Assembly: GCA_963674705.1 (NCBI GenBank) | Contig: OY771506.1 | Coordinates: 2,816,001 to 2,880,000, forward strand | Direction of reading: 5' to 3' | Source of the DNA: Phycisphaeraceae bacterium | GTDB taxonomy: Bacteria; Planctomycetota; Phycisphaerae; Phycisphaerales; Phycisphaeraceae | DNA: 64,000 bases | Shown here: piece after piece, positions 1 through 9,524 of the stretch | Position numbering within the stretch: the stretch's first letter is position 1 | How the letters are laid out: the number at the start of each line of letters is the position of its first letter | Position numbers and translations under genes: made by a program | The notes under the pieces: generated by a model | Database searches by the model: none | The model's input: the letters and a program-made list of their open reading frames with translations, nothing else | Told to the model about the DNA's origin: nothing

Positions 1-68
1 TCAGCGAAGCGCAGATTGATAAGGCGGTTGAGCTGATGGGCCAGGCGATCAAGAAGGTCGGCGCCTGA
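1..68 (+). CDS. 3' end of a gene entering the window, possibly a class III PLP aminotransferase
   Basis: Frame 3 reads SEAQIDKAVELMGQAIKKVGA* (TGA 66-68), resembling aminotransferase C-terminal helices; a terminator follows. Confidence 0.4.
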   Translation, partial: SEAQIDKAVELMGQAIKKVGA

Positions 69-98
69 TCCACGTCCCTATAACGCAAGGATTCAACG

Positions 99-122
99 AG
101 CCCGTTTTTGACGGGCTTTTTT
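99..122 (+). terminator. Rho-independent terminator
   Basis: AGCCCGT-ttttg-ACGGGCT followed by a T tract, 30 nt after the stop at 68. Confidence 0.8.
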
Positions 123-257
123 ATTGGTCTATGCGCGGTTGTTATAGATTAAGTCGCACCATTAATGACACGATACTGCATATAGGGATTTTGAGGGCTG
201 TGCGGTCTGTGCGGGTTATGCCGTTATGGGACTGTTCAGGGATGCGGCCGAGTCGGC

Positions 258-1496
258 ATGGTTGCCGGCGGCTGCATGACAGGGATGCCGAAGGTCGTGT
301 TGAAAGCGAGTACATGTCGGCGCTTCGTGTTGTGTTGGAGTGCGGTGCTGTTGATATGCGCGGCACTGCCTGTCGATGCGGCATTGACGTTCAACTTCAA
401 CGTCCCGGACGCGGGCAAAGCGCCGTCGGCTCAAGCGCTGGCGGGGTTCAACGAAGCGGCGGCGGCGTGGTCGGCGATCTTCACCGATAATGTGACATTG
501 AATTACGACCTGTACTGGGAGCCGTTGTCCGCGGGGGTGCTTGGGTCGGCGAGTTCGGAGTTTGCCAGTTTCAGTTACTCGTCAGTGAGTTCGGCGCTGG
601 TGGCTGATGCGACGAGTCCTGATGACTCCACCGCAACGAGCAACCTGCCCGGCGGCAGCTCGTTCGACATCTTCATCAACCGCACATCCAACAATCCCAA
701 CGGCGCGAACAGCTCGACGGGTTATGTCGATTCATCCACCACCGACCTTGATGGTGACAGTCACAGCAACAACAACACCATCCGGATGACGCGCGCCAAC
801 GCCAAGGCGCTGGGCTTGATCTCCGGCAGCGACGGGAGCCTGGACGCAACGATCCGGTTTTCCAGCACGTTCTCGTTTGACTTCTCACACGCATCCATCG
901 ACGGCGACAAGATCGACTTCGTCGGTGTGGCGATGCACGAGATCGGTCACTCGCTTGGGTTTACCAGTGGCGTGGACATTCTGGACATGAACGGTTCGGG
1001 TTTCCTGGATGACCAGTTCGATTATGTGTCGACGATGGACTTGTTCCGCTATTCGCCGGGGAGTGTTGCGGCGGGCGGTGTCGGGACGATCGACTGGACC
1101 GCGGGTGCGAGTGAGAAGAGCTTTTCGCTGGATGGCGGATCAACACGCGTGACCGGTGTGACATTTTCAACCGGCAGCACACTCGGTGACGGGCAGCAGG
1201 CGAGTCACTTCAAGGATAATCTCGGCCTGGGCCTGATGGACCCGACGACGGGGTTTGGCGAGAAGATTGATCCGGGAAACAACGATGTGCGCGTATTGGA
1301 TGCTATTGGGTGGGACCCTGCGAGCCCGTTATCCGGCGCGGCGACGGAGACGCTTGCTTCTGAATCGGGTAGCGGCGGTGGCGGTGCGCCGGAACCGAGT
1401 GTCTTGCCATACCTGACGCTGCCGGCGGTGGCGCTGTATCTGACAGGCCGATCGTCGCGATCGCGGGTAGTGGAGGAGGGCGATCGTGCTGCGTGA
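258..1496 (+). CDS. Secreted zinc metalloprotease (NF038122-like) with an atypical PEP-CTERM sorting signal
   Basis: Signal peptide ending VDAA, HEIGHSLGF zinc motif, distal SHFKD and LMDP, C-terminal GGGGAPEP + hydrophobic helix + Arg residues. True start may be ATG 276 or 285. Confidence 0.8.
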   Translation: MVAGGCMTGMPKVVLKASTCRRFVLCWSAVLLICAALPVDAALTFNFNVPDAGKAPSAQALAGFNEAAAAWSAIFTDNVTLNYDLYWEPLSAGVLGSASSEFASFSYSSVSSALVADATSPDDSTATSNLPGGSSFDIFINRTSNNPNGANSSTGYVDSSTTDLDGDSHSNNNTIRMTRANAKALGLISGSDGSLDATIRFSSTFSFDFSHASIDGDKIDFVGVAMHEIGHSLGFTSGVDILDMNGSGFLDDQFDYVSTMDLFRYSPGSVAAGGVGTIDWTAGASEKSFSLDGGSTRVTGVTFSTGSTLGDGQQASHFKDNLGLGLMDPTTGFGEKIDPGNNDVRVLDAIGWDPASPLSGAATETLASESGSGGGGAPEPSVLPYLTLPAVALYLTGRSSRSRVVEEGDRAA

Positions 1497-3216
1497 ATCA
1501 GCGACTAGCTGTGAAGTTGTGCAGGCGGACCGCGAAGATGTGGTGCGATGTTCTGTCATGCGCAGGTTAGCGGCGAACTGGCGATTGATCACGGTGCTGC
1601 TGCTGATCGTGGTGGCGTGGTGGCAGACGTTTGAATGGATGTGGCTGCGCTGGTATCCGGGGTGGTGGGTGTCGGGGCTGAGTTGGGTTGAGAAGTTCAG
1701 GGTGGGGGATTCATATTACGCGCATGGGCCGATGGTGGTGCTGGTGAGTCTTGCGTTTGCGGCGTTTGCGTACAAGCGTGTGGGATTGCCTGTGAAGCGG
1801 ACGAGGCTGACAGCATTTTTCGGCGGATTGTTTTTGATCGTGTCTTTACTCGTGCATTTGGTGAGTCTGCAAGCGGGGGTGATGTTCAGTTCCGGCTTTG
1901 CGCTCATCGGCGTGCTGCTCGGGATGTTGCTGCTGTGCGGCGGGTTGCCTTTACTCAAAGCGTATGGCGCGTCGGTTTGGCTGCTGGTATTCATGGTGCC
2001 GCTGCCGATGGTGTGGATCGCGGATGCGAACTATGCATTGAAGATACACGCGGCGGAAACGGCGGTGGCGTGGGTGAATCTGTTTGCAGATAGCCCCGCG
2101 ACGATGCACGGCAGCACGGTTGTCGTGCCCGCTCCGGACGGTGTATTTCATTCGCTTGTCATAGAGAACGTATGCAGCGGGTTGCGCAGCCTGATCGCAT
2201 TGACCTGGTTTGCTGCGATGATGGCGGTGGTATTGCGGGTGCGCAGCGGGTGGCGCTCGGCGGTGGTAGTGTTGGCACTACCGTTAGCGGTTGCATGCAA
2301 TATTGCACGGATCGGCCTGCTGCTGCTGATCACGCACCGGTGGGGCGCATCGGTGGTCGCGGAAGACACGACACTGCACCAGTTGATCGGCGTCGGGATG
2401 TTCGTGGTGGCGATCGCGGGGCTGCTTGGCTTTGAGAAGTTGGTTTTGCTTGTCGGGAATTTACTTAAACGCGACTGGTCGGACCCGGGCGTTATGGGGT
2501 TCTTGAATCGGATCGAACGCAGCGGCGTATGGCGCTCTCAGTTTGTCGGGATGGGAACGCTGAGTCTGTTGTTCGTTGTCGCGGCATTGAGCGTATGGTC
2601 CGGGTATCAATCGGCTGATACAGCGCCACGGCAAGTCACCTGGGTAGGTGTGCCGGATGCTATCGAACTGGAGCAGGGCGTTCTTCTTAGTCGGGATTTA
2701 CCAGTTGATGGCAAAATGCGGTTGCAGCTTGGCACGCCCGATGTGCTATCGCGTTGGTATTCAGCAGCGAGCGATCAGCATGTTGCGCTATTTGTGGTGC
2801 ATCATCAAAGCGATCGGCAGGCGATCCATCCGCCGGAGGTTTGCCTGGTAGGTGAAGGAGTGCAGGTGTTGTCGCAGAGTGGTTGTGATGTGGTGCTGGC
2901 GGACGAACAGGTGTTGCCGTTCAAGGAATTGATCACCGCGTCGGCCGGCCGCAAGGTGGTTCATCTTTATACGTACCGCATGGGCGGGACGTACTCGACG
3001 AACTTCACGACGCAGCAGGTGCGTGCGATATTGAATCGGCTGTGGGGTGATGATCGATCCGTGACGCTGATCCGTTTCAGCGTACCTGTAGTTGAAGATG
3101 ATGTTGAAGCGGCACGCGGGTTGGCGCTGGCTGCGGCGGGCAGGCTTATGCCGCACGTCGAAGCGGAACTGACTCATCCGACGATGCAAACGGTTCGATA
3201 TACGCTGGCTCGTTAG
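1486..3216 (+). CDS. Exosortase fused to a C-terminal EpsI-like domain
   Basis: Multi-TM N-terminal half with YYAHG, catalytic Cys (ENVCSGLRS), Arg (NIARI) and His (LHQLIG); soluble C-terminal domain with IHPPEVCL typical of EpsI. Start GTG 1486 or ATG 1558. Confidence 0.88.
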   Translation: MLRESATSCEVVQADREDVVRCSVMRRLAANWRLITVLLLIVVAWWQTFEWMWLRWYPGWWVSGLSWVEKFRVGDSYYAHGPMVVLVSLAFAAFAYKRVGLPVKRTRLTAFFGGLFLIVSLLVHLVSLQAGVMFSSGFALIGVLLGMLLLCGGLPLLKAYGASVWLLVFMVPLPMVWIADANYALKIHAAETAVAWVNLFADSPATMHGSTVVVPAPDGVFHSLVIENVCSGLRSLIALTWFAAMMAVVLRVRSGWRSAVVVLALPLAVACNIARIGLLLLITHRWGASVVAEDTTLHQLIGVGMFVVAIAGLLGFEKLVLLVGNLLKRDWSDPGVMGFLNRIERSGVWRSQFVGMGTLSLLFVVAALSVWSGYQSADTAPRQVTWVGVPDAIELEQGVLLSRDLPVDGKMRLQLGTPDVLSRWYSAASDQHVALFVVHHQSDRQAIHPPEVCLVGEGVQVLSQSGCDVVLADEQVLPFKELITASAGRKVVHLYTYRMGGTYSTNFTTQQVRAILNRLWGDDRSVTLIRFSVPVVEDDVEAARGLALAAAGRLMPHVEAELTHPTMQTVRYTLAR

Positions 3217-3904
3217 CATCTACCTCATCAGCGAATTTAATCGTCATATCTTCTTCAATGGTTACTTGTGAAGTTGCTTGTTCGCTTTCTATCTTGAGCA
3301 CCGTATCCGCTATCAGACGCAAGCGATACATCTTGCCCGCCATGACACCGAGGATGGAGATGTAGAGCCAGGCGAGCGCGAGCCCGGTCATCAGGCCGGT
3401 GAACGTCAGCGAACGCAGCGGCAGCCAGAAGTACAGGCAGATTACTAATAGCAGCATGCCCGGTGAAAGTACGATCCCCAGCCAGGGCTTGAGCGTGATG
3501 TATGGCTGAATCAGAAAGCCCATCACCCAACTGCCCACAAACAGGCATGCGGGTAACAGGGTGATGAAACCCAACATCGCGGCGAGCAAGGGGTTCCAGG
3601 ATTCAGAGATCGGCAGGTAAGCGAGTTTGACCACGCCGACGTACAACACGAGGCTGATCATGAAGCCGGTAAACGCACAGGTCAGCAGTGTCGCATAACG
3701 TTTGAAACGCGGCAGCAACCGTGGCGACGGCGTCACGCCCACACTCGAACGCATCGATTGGTGGAACGGCCTTCGGCATGACGGGCATCGGTTAGCCTTG
3801 ATTTCGTTGAGGATGTAGCCACACTCCAGGCAGAAGTGGGTGTAGTCTTCTTGGATCGGCCTGGTTTTCACTTTTCGGACCTTGTGCTTACCGCAGCGAT
3901 ACAT
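3146..3904 (-). CDS. Membrane protein with an N-terminal zinc ribbon
   Basis: CLECGY...CPSC followed by about four hydrophobic helices; overlaps the exosortase 3' end by 71 bp. Confidence 0.7.
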   Translation of the reverse strand: MYRCGKHKVRKVKTRPIQEDYTHFCLECGYILNEIKANRCPSCRRPFHQSMRSSVGVTPSPRLLPRFKRYATLLTCAFTGFMISLVLYVGVVKLAYLPISESWNPLLAAMLGFITLLPACLFVGSWVMGFLIQPYITLKPWLGIVLSPGMLLLVICLYFWLPLRSLTFTGLMTGLALAWLYISILGVMAGKMYRLRLIADTVLKIESEQATSQVTIEEDMTIKFADEVDANEPAYIEPFASSDESVPLRRAA

Positions 3905-4312
3905 TCGTAACCAATATCACAAGACGCTTAATCGCTACAGGTGCATCGCACGAATCGGTCTGGGACTTTATATCCAATGTCTGGATATCAAAAAACAGGC
4001 TTTGGCATGAAGCGGGGCTGTACGGTTCGGGTTAGCATGCAGACCGGAAGAGCCTTAATAGAAGGCCGCCGCCATCTATGAATGTTGCACCATAACCGCT
4101 GAATATCTTTTAAACAGAAGTCAGGCATTTTCTGTCATATGGCTTGATGAGGGTTGACGATGCCGGCGCCCATGGGACAATGGGCGTGTCTACTTGGGCG
4201 GGCGTTTTGAACATGTATTCATATTGTTGATTGCGCCTTTTCTTGTTGTTGCATTGCTGTTTTACAGGCATGTTATTTCGGTAACTGCCTCCACACCTCG
4301 TGTTGGAGGGGC

Positions 4313-6805
4313 ATGATGCGGATACATCGACGGGTAGCGCTGGGGTTGGCAATGTGTTTGGTTTGCGCCTCGCAGACGCATGCCATCAACATCGTTCCGG
4401 TGTTCAACAGTACGGACAACCAGACGCCTGCATTTGATTTGTTTAATGGGGGCATCCAGGACCTGTTCGCTTATGCTGAAGATTACTACGAAGACATCTT
4501 CGAGGATGCGGGCCACACCCTGACGATTAACTTCTGGTATGAAGATCTCGGCGGCGGATATCTAGGCGTATTCAATCCCGTGACCGAGACAAACGGGCGG
4601 ATCACGGAATGCAATATCCGTATCGATACGCAACTCGATACCGGTGGAAACTTCCGCAACTGGTACATCGATCCGTTCCCGGAAACGGATACCGAGTTCG
4701 AGATGGAAAAGACCGTGTGGGGCACGTTCGGCCCTGTGGGGGTCGGATGGAACTCGACGGGAGATGTGCCGGCCGGTCTTGAGATCGGCTACCGGGGCTC
4801 GGCTGTGGACGGCGGGGTGGCGGACCTCAAGTACGACATGCTTTCGACGATCCTGCATGAGTTCGGCCACGCGCTGGGCATTCGCGGCGGTGCGACCGAG
4901 AACGATGACGGTGACTATGACCTGAACCCCGGCATGATCTTCGGGGCCGATGTGTCGGCGGACATCGACACCAAAGACTTCGATCCCGACCCCGGGCACA
5001 TGCGCCCGGATGATCTATTGATGTGCGGCGAATGCGGCGCTTCGAGTGTCCGGCGGCGTCCGAGCCATGCCGACCTGATCGCGATGGCGACAAGCAACAA
5101 CTACTCACAGGTGGACCTGCCACGCAGGGAATTTCTCGGCGGCGGTGTTTTCAATTACGCGCCCAACTGGTCAGGCGCCCGCACGCCTGATGCGAATGAC
5201 GAGGCTTTCGTGCGCGGTGCCGGGATCGTAACGATGAATGCGGACGATACCGTTGCGGGATTGGCGATCATCGATGACACGACGCTTGCGGTCGGTTCAT
5301 ACACGCTCAACGTGAACGGCGAATTCTCTGTGGGTAGCCGGTTCAGCAATGCGCCTGCGACGATTGTGGTCGCTACCAATGGCTTGCTCCTGGCTAACGA
5401 TGTTGTCCTGCACCGTAACGGCGTTCTCGATTTGGCGGGCGGCCTCGTATCCATCTTGGGTGATCTGACCACAACCGAACTGGTGTACGGAGCGGATGAC
5501 GAGGGCACGATCACGGGCAACGGCAGCGTCAACGTGATCGGACAGGTGAAAGGTGTCGCGGAGTATCGGCCGGAGGGCGGCGTGCTTACCATCACCGCCG
5601 GCTCGTTCGACCTGGACGGCAGCTCCGATCAGTTCGGCTATACCCTGATCAACGCGACGCTCGGCAACATCATCTTCAACGGCCCGCATGTCGATACTTT
5701 CAAAGATGTTGTCGACATCGGCTTCGGCAGACTCGTCACCTTCAATAACCCGTGGACACTCGACGCCGACGGGGATGTCAATATCACCGATGGTGGATTG
5801 ATTAACAACGCGACGTGGCAAGCAGACGGCAACGTTGTGATCGATCATACCGTGCCGTTCGGCGTCGTCGGTATCGGCGGGACAGGCGCGATGGTTCAGG
5901 GATCGGCCGGCCACATCACCACGAGCGGCATCGTCGACTTCCTGGGTCAATCAACTATCGGCGGCGCTGTGAATGTAACGAGCGAAGCGGTTCGTTTCAG
6001 TGCCGGTGGGACGTTTGCGGATACGGCGGATGTCGTGCTCGATGCGGGCACGGCCATGTACCTGATATCAGCGAATACCTACACCATTCAATCCGGCGCG
6101 ACATTCAGCGGATCGGGCACGCTGGTGATCGGTGAGCAGGCATCGCTGGTTTTGCAGGACAATGCTGAGGCTAACGTGCTTTTGCAGAATGACGGGCATC
6201 TAGAGATCGGTAACTCGCCGGGCGCTGCATCACTGTCTGCAGGATTTACGCAGACACTGAGCGGCCATGCCGCATTTGAGATCGGTGGATTGACTGCCGG
6301 CAGCGACTTTGATCTGCTGGATGTCACGGGAGCCACGGCCAACCTTGACGGCTCACTCGAGCTTTCGCTGATCAACGGCTTTATGCCAGGTCCCGGCGAG
6401 TCGTTTCAGATCATCACAGCGGACAGTGTGATCGGTTCTTTCGCTGATGTCACAGGCACTGACATCGGCGGGGGGCTGATGTTCGAAGTGGTTTACAACG
6501 CAACGAACGTCACGCTTTACGTCGTCGGCCAACCGATCCCGGGTGATTTGAACGGCGATGGTTTTGTCGGGCTAAGCGATCTGGATATCGTGCTGGCGAA
6601 CTGGAACCAGACAGTGCCGCCCGGCAACCCGCTTGCCGATCCGTCGGGGGATCATTACGTGGGGCTGGATGATCTGGACATCGTACTCGGGCACTGGAAC
6701 ATGGGCGTTCCGCCTAGTGCGCAGGTGAATGTGATACCGGAACCGGCGAGCGCGTTGTTTATGTTGTCGGGATTATTGATGGTGGGGTATGGACGGAGGG
6801 GTTAG
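4313..6805 (+). CDS. PEP-CTERM surface protein: zinc metalloprotease domain, beta-rich passenger-like region and dockerin-like tail
   Basis: RBS GGAGG, signal peptide ending THA, HEFGHALG motif, G/N/T-rich beta repeats, duplicated GDLNGDGFVGLSDLD / DPSGDHYVGLDDLD, IPEPAS-TM-RRG. Confidence 0.85.
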   Translation: MMRIHRRVALGLAMCLVCASQTHAINIVPVFNSTDNQTPAFDLFNGGIQDLFAYAEDYYEDIFEDAGHTLTINFWYEDLGGGYLGVFNPVTETNGRITECNIRIDTQLDTGGNFRNWYIDPFPETDTEFEMEKTVWGTFGPVGVGWNSTGDVPAGLEIGYRGSAVDGGVADLKYDMLSTILHEFGHALGIRGGATENDDGDYDLNPGMIFGADVSADIDTKDFDPDPGHMRPDDLLMCGECGASSVRRRPSHADLIAMATSNNYSQVDLPRREFLGGGVFNYAPNWSGARTPDANDEAFVRGAGIVTMNADDTVAGLAIIDDTTLAVGSYTLNVNGEFSVGSRFSNAPATIVVATNGLLLANDVVLHRNGVLDLAGGLVSILGDLTTTELVYGADDEGTITGNGSVNVIGQVKGVAEYRPEGGVLTITAGSFDLDGSSDQFGYTLINATLGNIIFNGPHVDTFKDVVDIGFGRLVTFNNPWTLDADGDVNITDGGLINNATWQADGNVVIDHTVPFGVVGIGGTGAMVQGSAGHITTSGIVDFLGQSTIGGAVNVTSEAVRFSAGGTFADTADVVLDAGTAMYLISANTYTIQSGATFSGSGTLVIGEQASLVLQDNAEANVLLQNDGHLEIGNSPGAASLSAGFTQTLSGHAAFEIGGLTAGSDFDLLDVTGATANLDGSLELSLINGFMPGPGESFQIITADSVIGSFADVTGTDIGGGLMFEVVYNATNVTLYVVGQPIPGDLNGDGFVGLSDLDIVLANWNQTVPPGNPLADPSGDHYVGLDDLDIVLGHWNMGVPPSAQVNVIPEPASALFMLSGLLMVGYGRRG

Positions 6806-6828
6806 CGCGAACACAATCCTACTGTAGC

Positions 6829-6910
6829 GGGTGCCACGTTTTGACCGCGCAGCGGCAAAGCGTGTTGGTCAGCGCACACTTTGCTCCTTCGGAGTCAAAG
6901 TGTGGCACCC
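6829..6910. repeat. REP/REPIN-like palindromic element between convergent genes
   Basis: Terminal inverted repeat GGGTGCCACGTTTTGAC / GTCAAAGTGTGGCACCC; each half also forms its own hairpin. Confidence 0.6.
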
Positions 6911-6938
6911 ATCTCGCCATGCCTGGATTGTGTTCGCG

Positions 6939-7760
6939 TTAGTTTTCGTTCGAGTCCGGCGGGACGGGCATGCTTCGACCGGCGGCCCAGAGGATGCCGC
7001 GGTGGACGTGCGAGATGAACGCCGGCTCGCTGAACGATTCTTTAGTGTGCCCGATCGCGGTGTAGAACGACCGGCCGCCATCGAATTCGTGGCACCAGAT
7101 CAATGGATGGTTCTCGCCCATCTCACCGCCTTCGTAAGTTGATTCATCAACGGTCGCGAGCATGGTCAGCCCGGTCTGCACATCTTTGAAGTTGTACCAC
7201 TCATCGGTGCGCACCCAGGGATTGGGCACATCGTGCATGCATATATGCTGCGGCGAGGTGATGTTGATAGTCGCTTCCTGGATCGCGGGGTGCTTGGTGA
7301 AGACCGCACCGACGAGTTTGCCGTACCACGGCCAGTCGTATTCGGTCGCGGACGCGCCGTGGATGCCGACGTAACCGCCGCCGTTACGGATGTACTTTTC
7401 GAACGCGAGTTGTTGTGTGTCGTCGAGCACGTCGCCGGAGGTGCTGAGGAAAACGACAACATCGAACTGCGCGAGTTTTTCATCGTTGAACTCGGTAGGC
7501 AACTCGGTGTGCTCGACGGTGTAGCCGTAGAGCGCCGCGAGGTCGTTGATCATCTTCACGCCGTCCTCGATGGACTTGTGGCGGTAGCCGGCGGTGCGTG
7601 AATAGATGAGAATATTCAGCGGCGTCGCGATCGGCGGATCGACGACATCGCCATCGGCCGGGCCGGCCGGATCATCTTCACCGACGACCGGGGCGGTGAA
7701 GAGAAAAGCGAAAACGAAAAGAGCCAGCACGGACACGATCGTGAGGTGTGGAGATTTCAT
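6939..7760 (-). CDS. Secreted ThuA-domain protein (class I glutamine amidotransferase-like fold)
   Basis: YSRTAGYRHKSI, GGGYVGIHGA, DEWYNF and GRSFYTAIGH motifs; signal peptide; start at ATG 7760 preceded by TATAAT-N6. Confidence 0.88.
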   Translation of the reverse strand: MKSPHLTIVSVLALFVFAFLFTAPVVGEDDPAGPADGDVVDPPIATPLNILIYSRTAGYRHKSIEDGVKMINDLAALYGYTVEHTELPTEFNDEKLAQFDVVVFLSTSGDVLDDTQQLAFEKYIRNGGGYVGIHGASATEYDWPWYGKLVGAVFTKHPAIQEATINITSPQHICMHDVPNPWVRTDEWYNFKDVQTGLTMLATVDESTYEGGEMGENHPLIWCHEFDGGRSFYTAIGHTKESFSEPAFISHVHRGILWAAGRSMPVPPDSNEN

Positions 7761-7797
7761 GGGGGTATTATAGCCGTGCAAGTCAGAGGGGAGTTAG

Positions 7798-7828
7798 CCA
7801 CAGATGAACACGGATGAACACGGATGAA
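7798..7828 (+). repeat. Short 10-bp tandem repeat (CACRGATGAA x3)
   Basis: CCACAGATGAACACGGATGAACACGGATGAA read directly. Confidence 0.75.
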
Positions 7829-7846
7829 GAGATAAGAAGGTTTTGA

Positions 7847-7924
7847 TGTATAGCCGCGACCATTGGTCGCGCCGTGGGGTATATACAGAAAGCGAAGAGC
7901 GCGACCAATGGTCGCGGCTATACA
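7847..7924. repeat. REPIN-like doublet: perfect 26-bp inverted repeat with internally palindromic arms
   Basis: TGTATAGCCGCGACCATTGGTCGCGC (7847-7872) and its exact reverse complement (7899-7924), separated by 26 bp. Confidence 0.85.
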
Positions 7925-7956
7925 CGGAGCATGAAAGTAAGTTCACATCTGTTCGA

Positions 7957-8496
7957 TCAAGCTGTTTTTGTCACAGCTTGTTCATGCCCGCATTCCGGGC
8001 AGATACCGGAGGGGGTGGCTCGCAGGTCGTAGCCGCATTTACGACAGATATGTTGTGTGAAGTACCGGCGTTTGATGTGGCGTGCGGATGCGATTGCGGG
8101 CCAGAGGCCGAAGAGGAGGGTGGGGAGCCAGAGGGGGAATCGGAGGTAAAAGTTCGTCCCATATCGATAGACGCTTGAACCCCAGTTACCAATGCTCAGT
8201 ACGAATTGTGATTCGCCTTTCATTGGCGGGCCTATATAGTTCTCGGGCCATGTAACCAACATCAGCTTGTCATTTTTCTGAATAACAAAATCAGTACTCC
8301 AGTTTTGAGGAGCGTATTGTGGATGGATTCGATCGACCATTATGAGGCTACAACGTCCCCAAGACACACATACTTCCATGGGTGAATTTGAGCCAGCACA
8401 CGGACCGCTTGAATAAATGCAAACGTAATAGGATACAAGCCATAAGATGAGCAAGGCGATGGCAATGAAGGTGAAGCTGTATCTAATCCATCTCAT
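7957..8496 (-). CDS. Two-TM membrane protein with a C-terminal zinc ribbon (copy A)
   Basis: Starts MRWIRYSF (ATG 8496, by analogy to copy B); ends FPLWLPTLLF...CRKCGYDLRATPSGICPECG. Confidence 0.8.
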   Translation of the reverse strand: MRWIRYSFTFIAIALLILWLVSYYVCIYSSGPCAGSNSPMEVCVSWGRCSLIMVDRIHPQYAPQNWSTDFVIQKNDKLMLVTWPENYIGPPMKGESQFVLSIGNWGSSVYRYGTNFYLRFPLWLPTLLFGLWPAIASARHIKRRYFTQHICRKCGYDLRATPSGICPECGHEQAVTKTA

Positions 8497-8576
8497 ATCC
8501 GGCCTCGGAAGTACAGCATAACAACCCCGGGCAAGCCCGGGGGGAGAGGGGGTCAGCGTATGTTGCATCTGTTCAA

Positions 8577-9128
8577 TCAAGCTGTTTTGGTTACCGTTTG
8601 TTCGTGCCCGCATTCCGGGCAGATGCCGGAGGGGGTGGCGCGCAGGTCGTAGCCGCATTGACGGCAGATGTGTTGTGTGAAGTATCGGCGTTTGATGTGG
8701 CGGAAAAGTGCGATCGCGGGCCAGAGGGCGAAGAGGAGGGTGGGGAGCCAGAGGGGGAAGCCTATTTCAGTGACTCTGTAGTGACTGCTTGGGGTTGAAA
8801 CCGGTGAGTGCCAAAATTTAAACGGAGGAATGGTGGCTGGATTCTTCGCATCAAACCCGGAGCCTGTGAGCATAACGGGACCAAAGATGTAGTACCACTC
8901 ATGAGGTGGCTCATAAGGTGATTCAAAACGAAATACACAATTTTGATTTGTATATTGAATCCCATAATGAACAGTCACATTGACGTTTCCATAAAACACA
9001 TAGCAATTCACATCCGTTTTTAGTTTTGAACTCACCGCTCTTATGTGGATCATTGAATAGTATGAAGCAATCCAAGCCAGTATCAGGATTGCCACAATCA
9101 ACACGAAGCTATTTCTGATCCATCTCAT
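8577..9128 (-). CDS. Two-TM membrane protein with a C-terminal zinc ribbon (copy B)
   Basis: Starts MRWIRNSF; same C-terminal block as copy A; unrelated AT-rich middle. Confidence 0.8.
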   Translation of the reverse strand: MRWIRNSFVLIVAILILAWIASYYSMIHIRAVSSKLKTDVNCYVFYGNVNVTVHYGIQYTNQNCVFRFESPYEPPHEWYYIFGPVMLTGSGFDAKNPATIPPFKFWHSPVSTPSSHYRVTEIGFPLWLPTLLFALWPAIALFRHIKRRYFTQHICRQCGYDLRATPSGICPECGHEQTVTKTA

Positions 9129-9524
9129 GTGCGGCCTCGGAAGTACAGCATAGCGAACCCTGCAAAGCTGTGGCTATATGGACAATGTGCGATTGGTTCA
9201 ATTATCCCACATGAGCTTGAAGCCGTAGCAGAACTGGATCAGGCCTAAACCAAAAGCGCCGTAGGTTGCAATTAGAGCGCTGCCTGTTGTGTTTTTGTAC
9301 GTGATGATTGCAATGGCGATGCCGCCGAGGCACCACAGTACGCTGAAGGCCATGTTGCGAATTCCAGCTTTTCGGTAGGCTGCTTTACGCAAGCGGATGA
9401 CTTCATCCACAATCTCACACGCTCTCTGTTTTGCTATGCCTTGGTTGACAAGATTGTCCACGATCTGAGCCCGAGAGTGGCTCTTGAGCAACTGTTGCAT
9501 GACACCGTCATAGACCGCTTCTAC

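Noticed and set aside
4002..4018. TTGGCATG as a sigma54 promoter for the 4313 gene
   Set aside because: The -12 TTGC element is absent at the required spacing.
8497..8658. N-terminal extension of the 7957..8658 ORF
   Set aside because: Overlaps the paralog's 3' end; the shared MRWIR start and upstream 20-mer place the start at 8496.
7946..8759. Possible diversity-generating retroelement template/variable repeat pair
   Set aside because: No reverse transcriptase in the window, mismatches are not adenine-specific, and both copies are coding.
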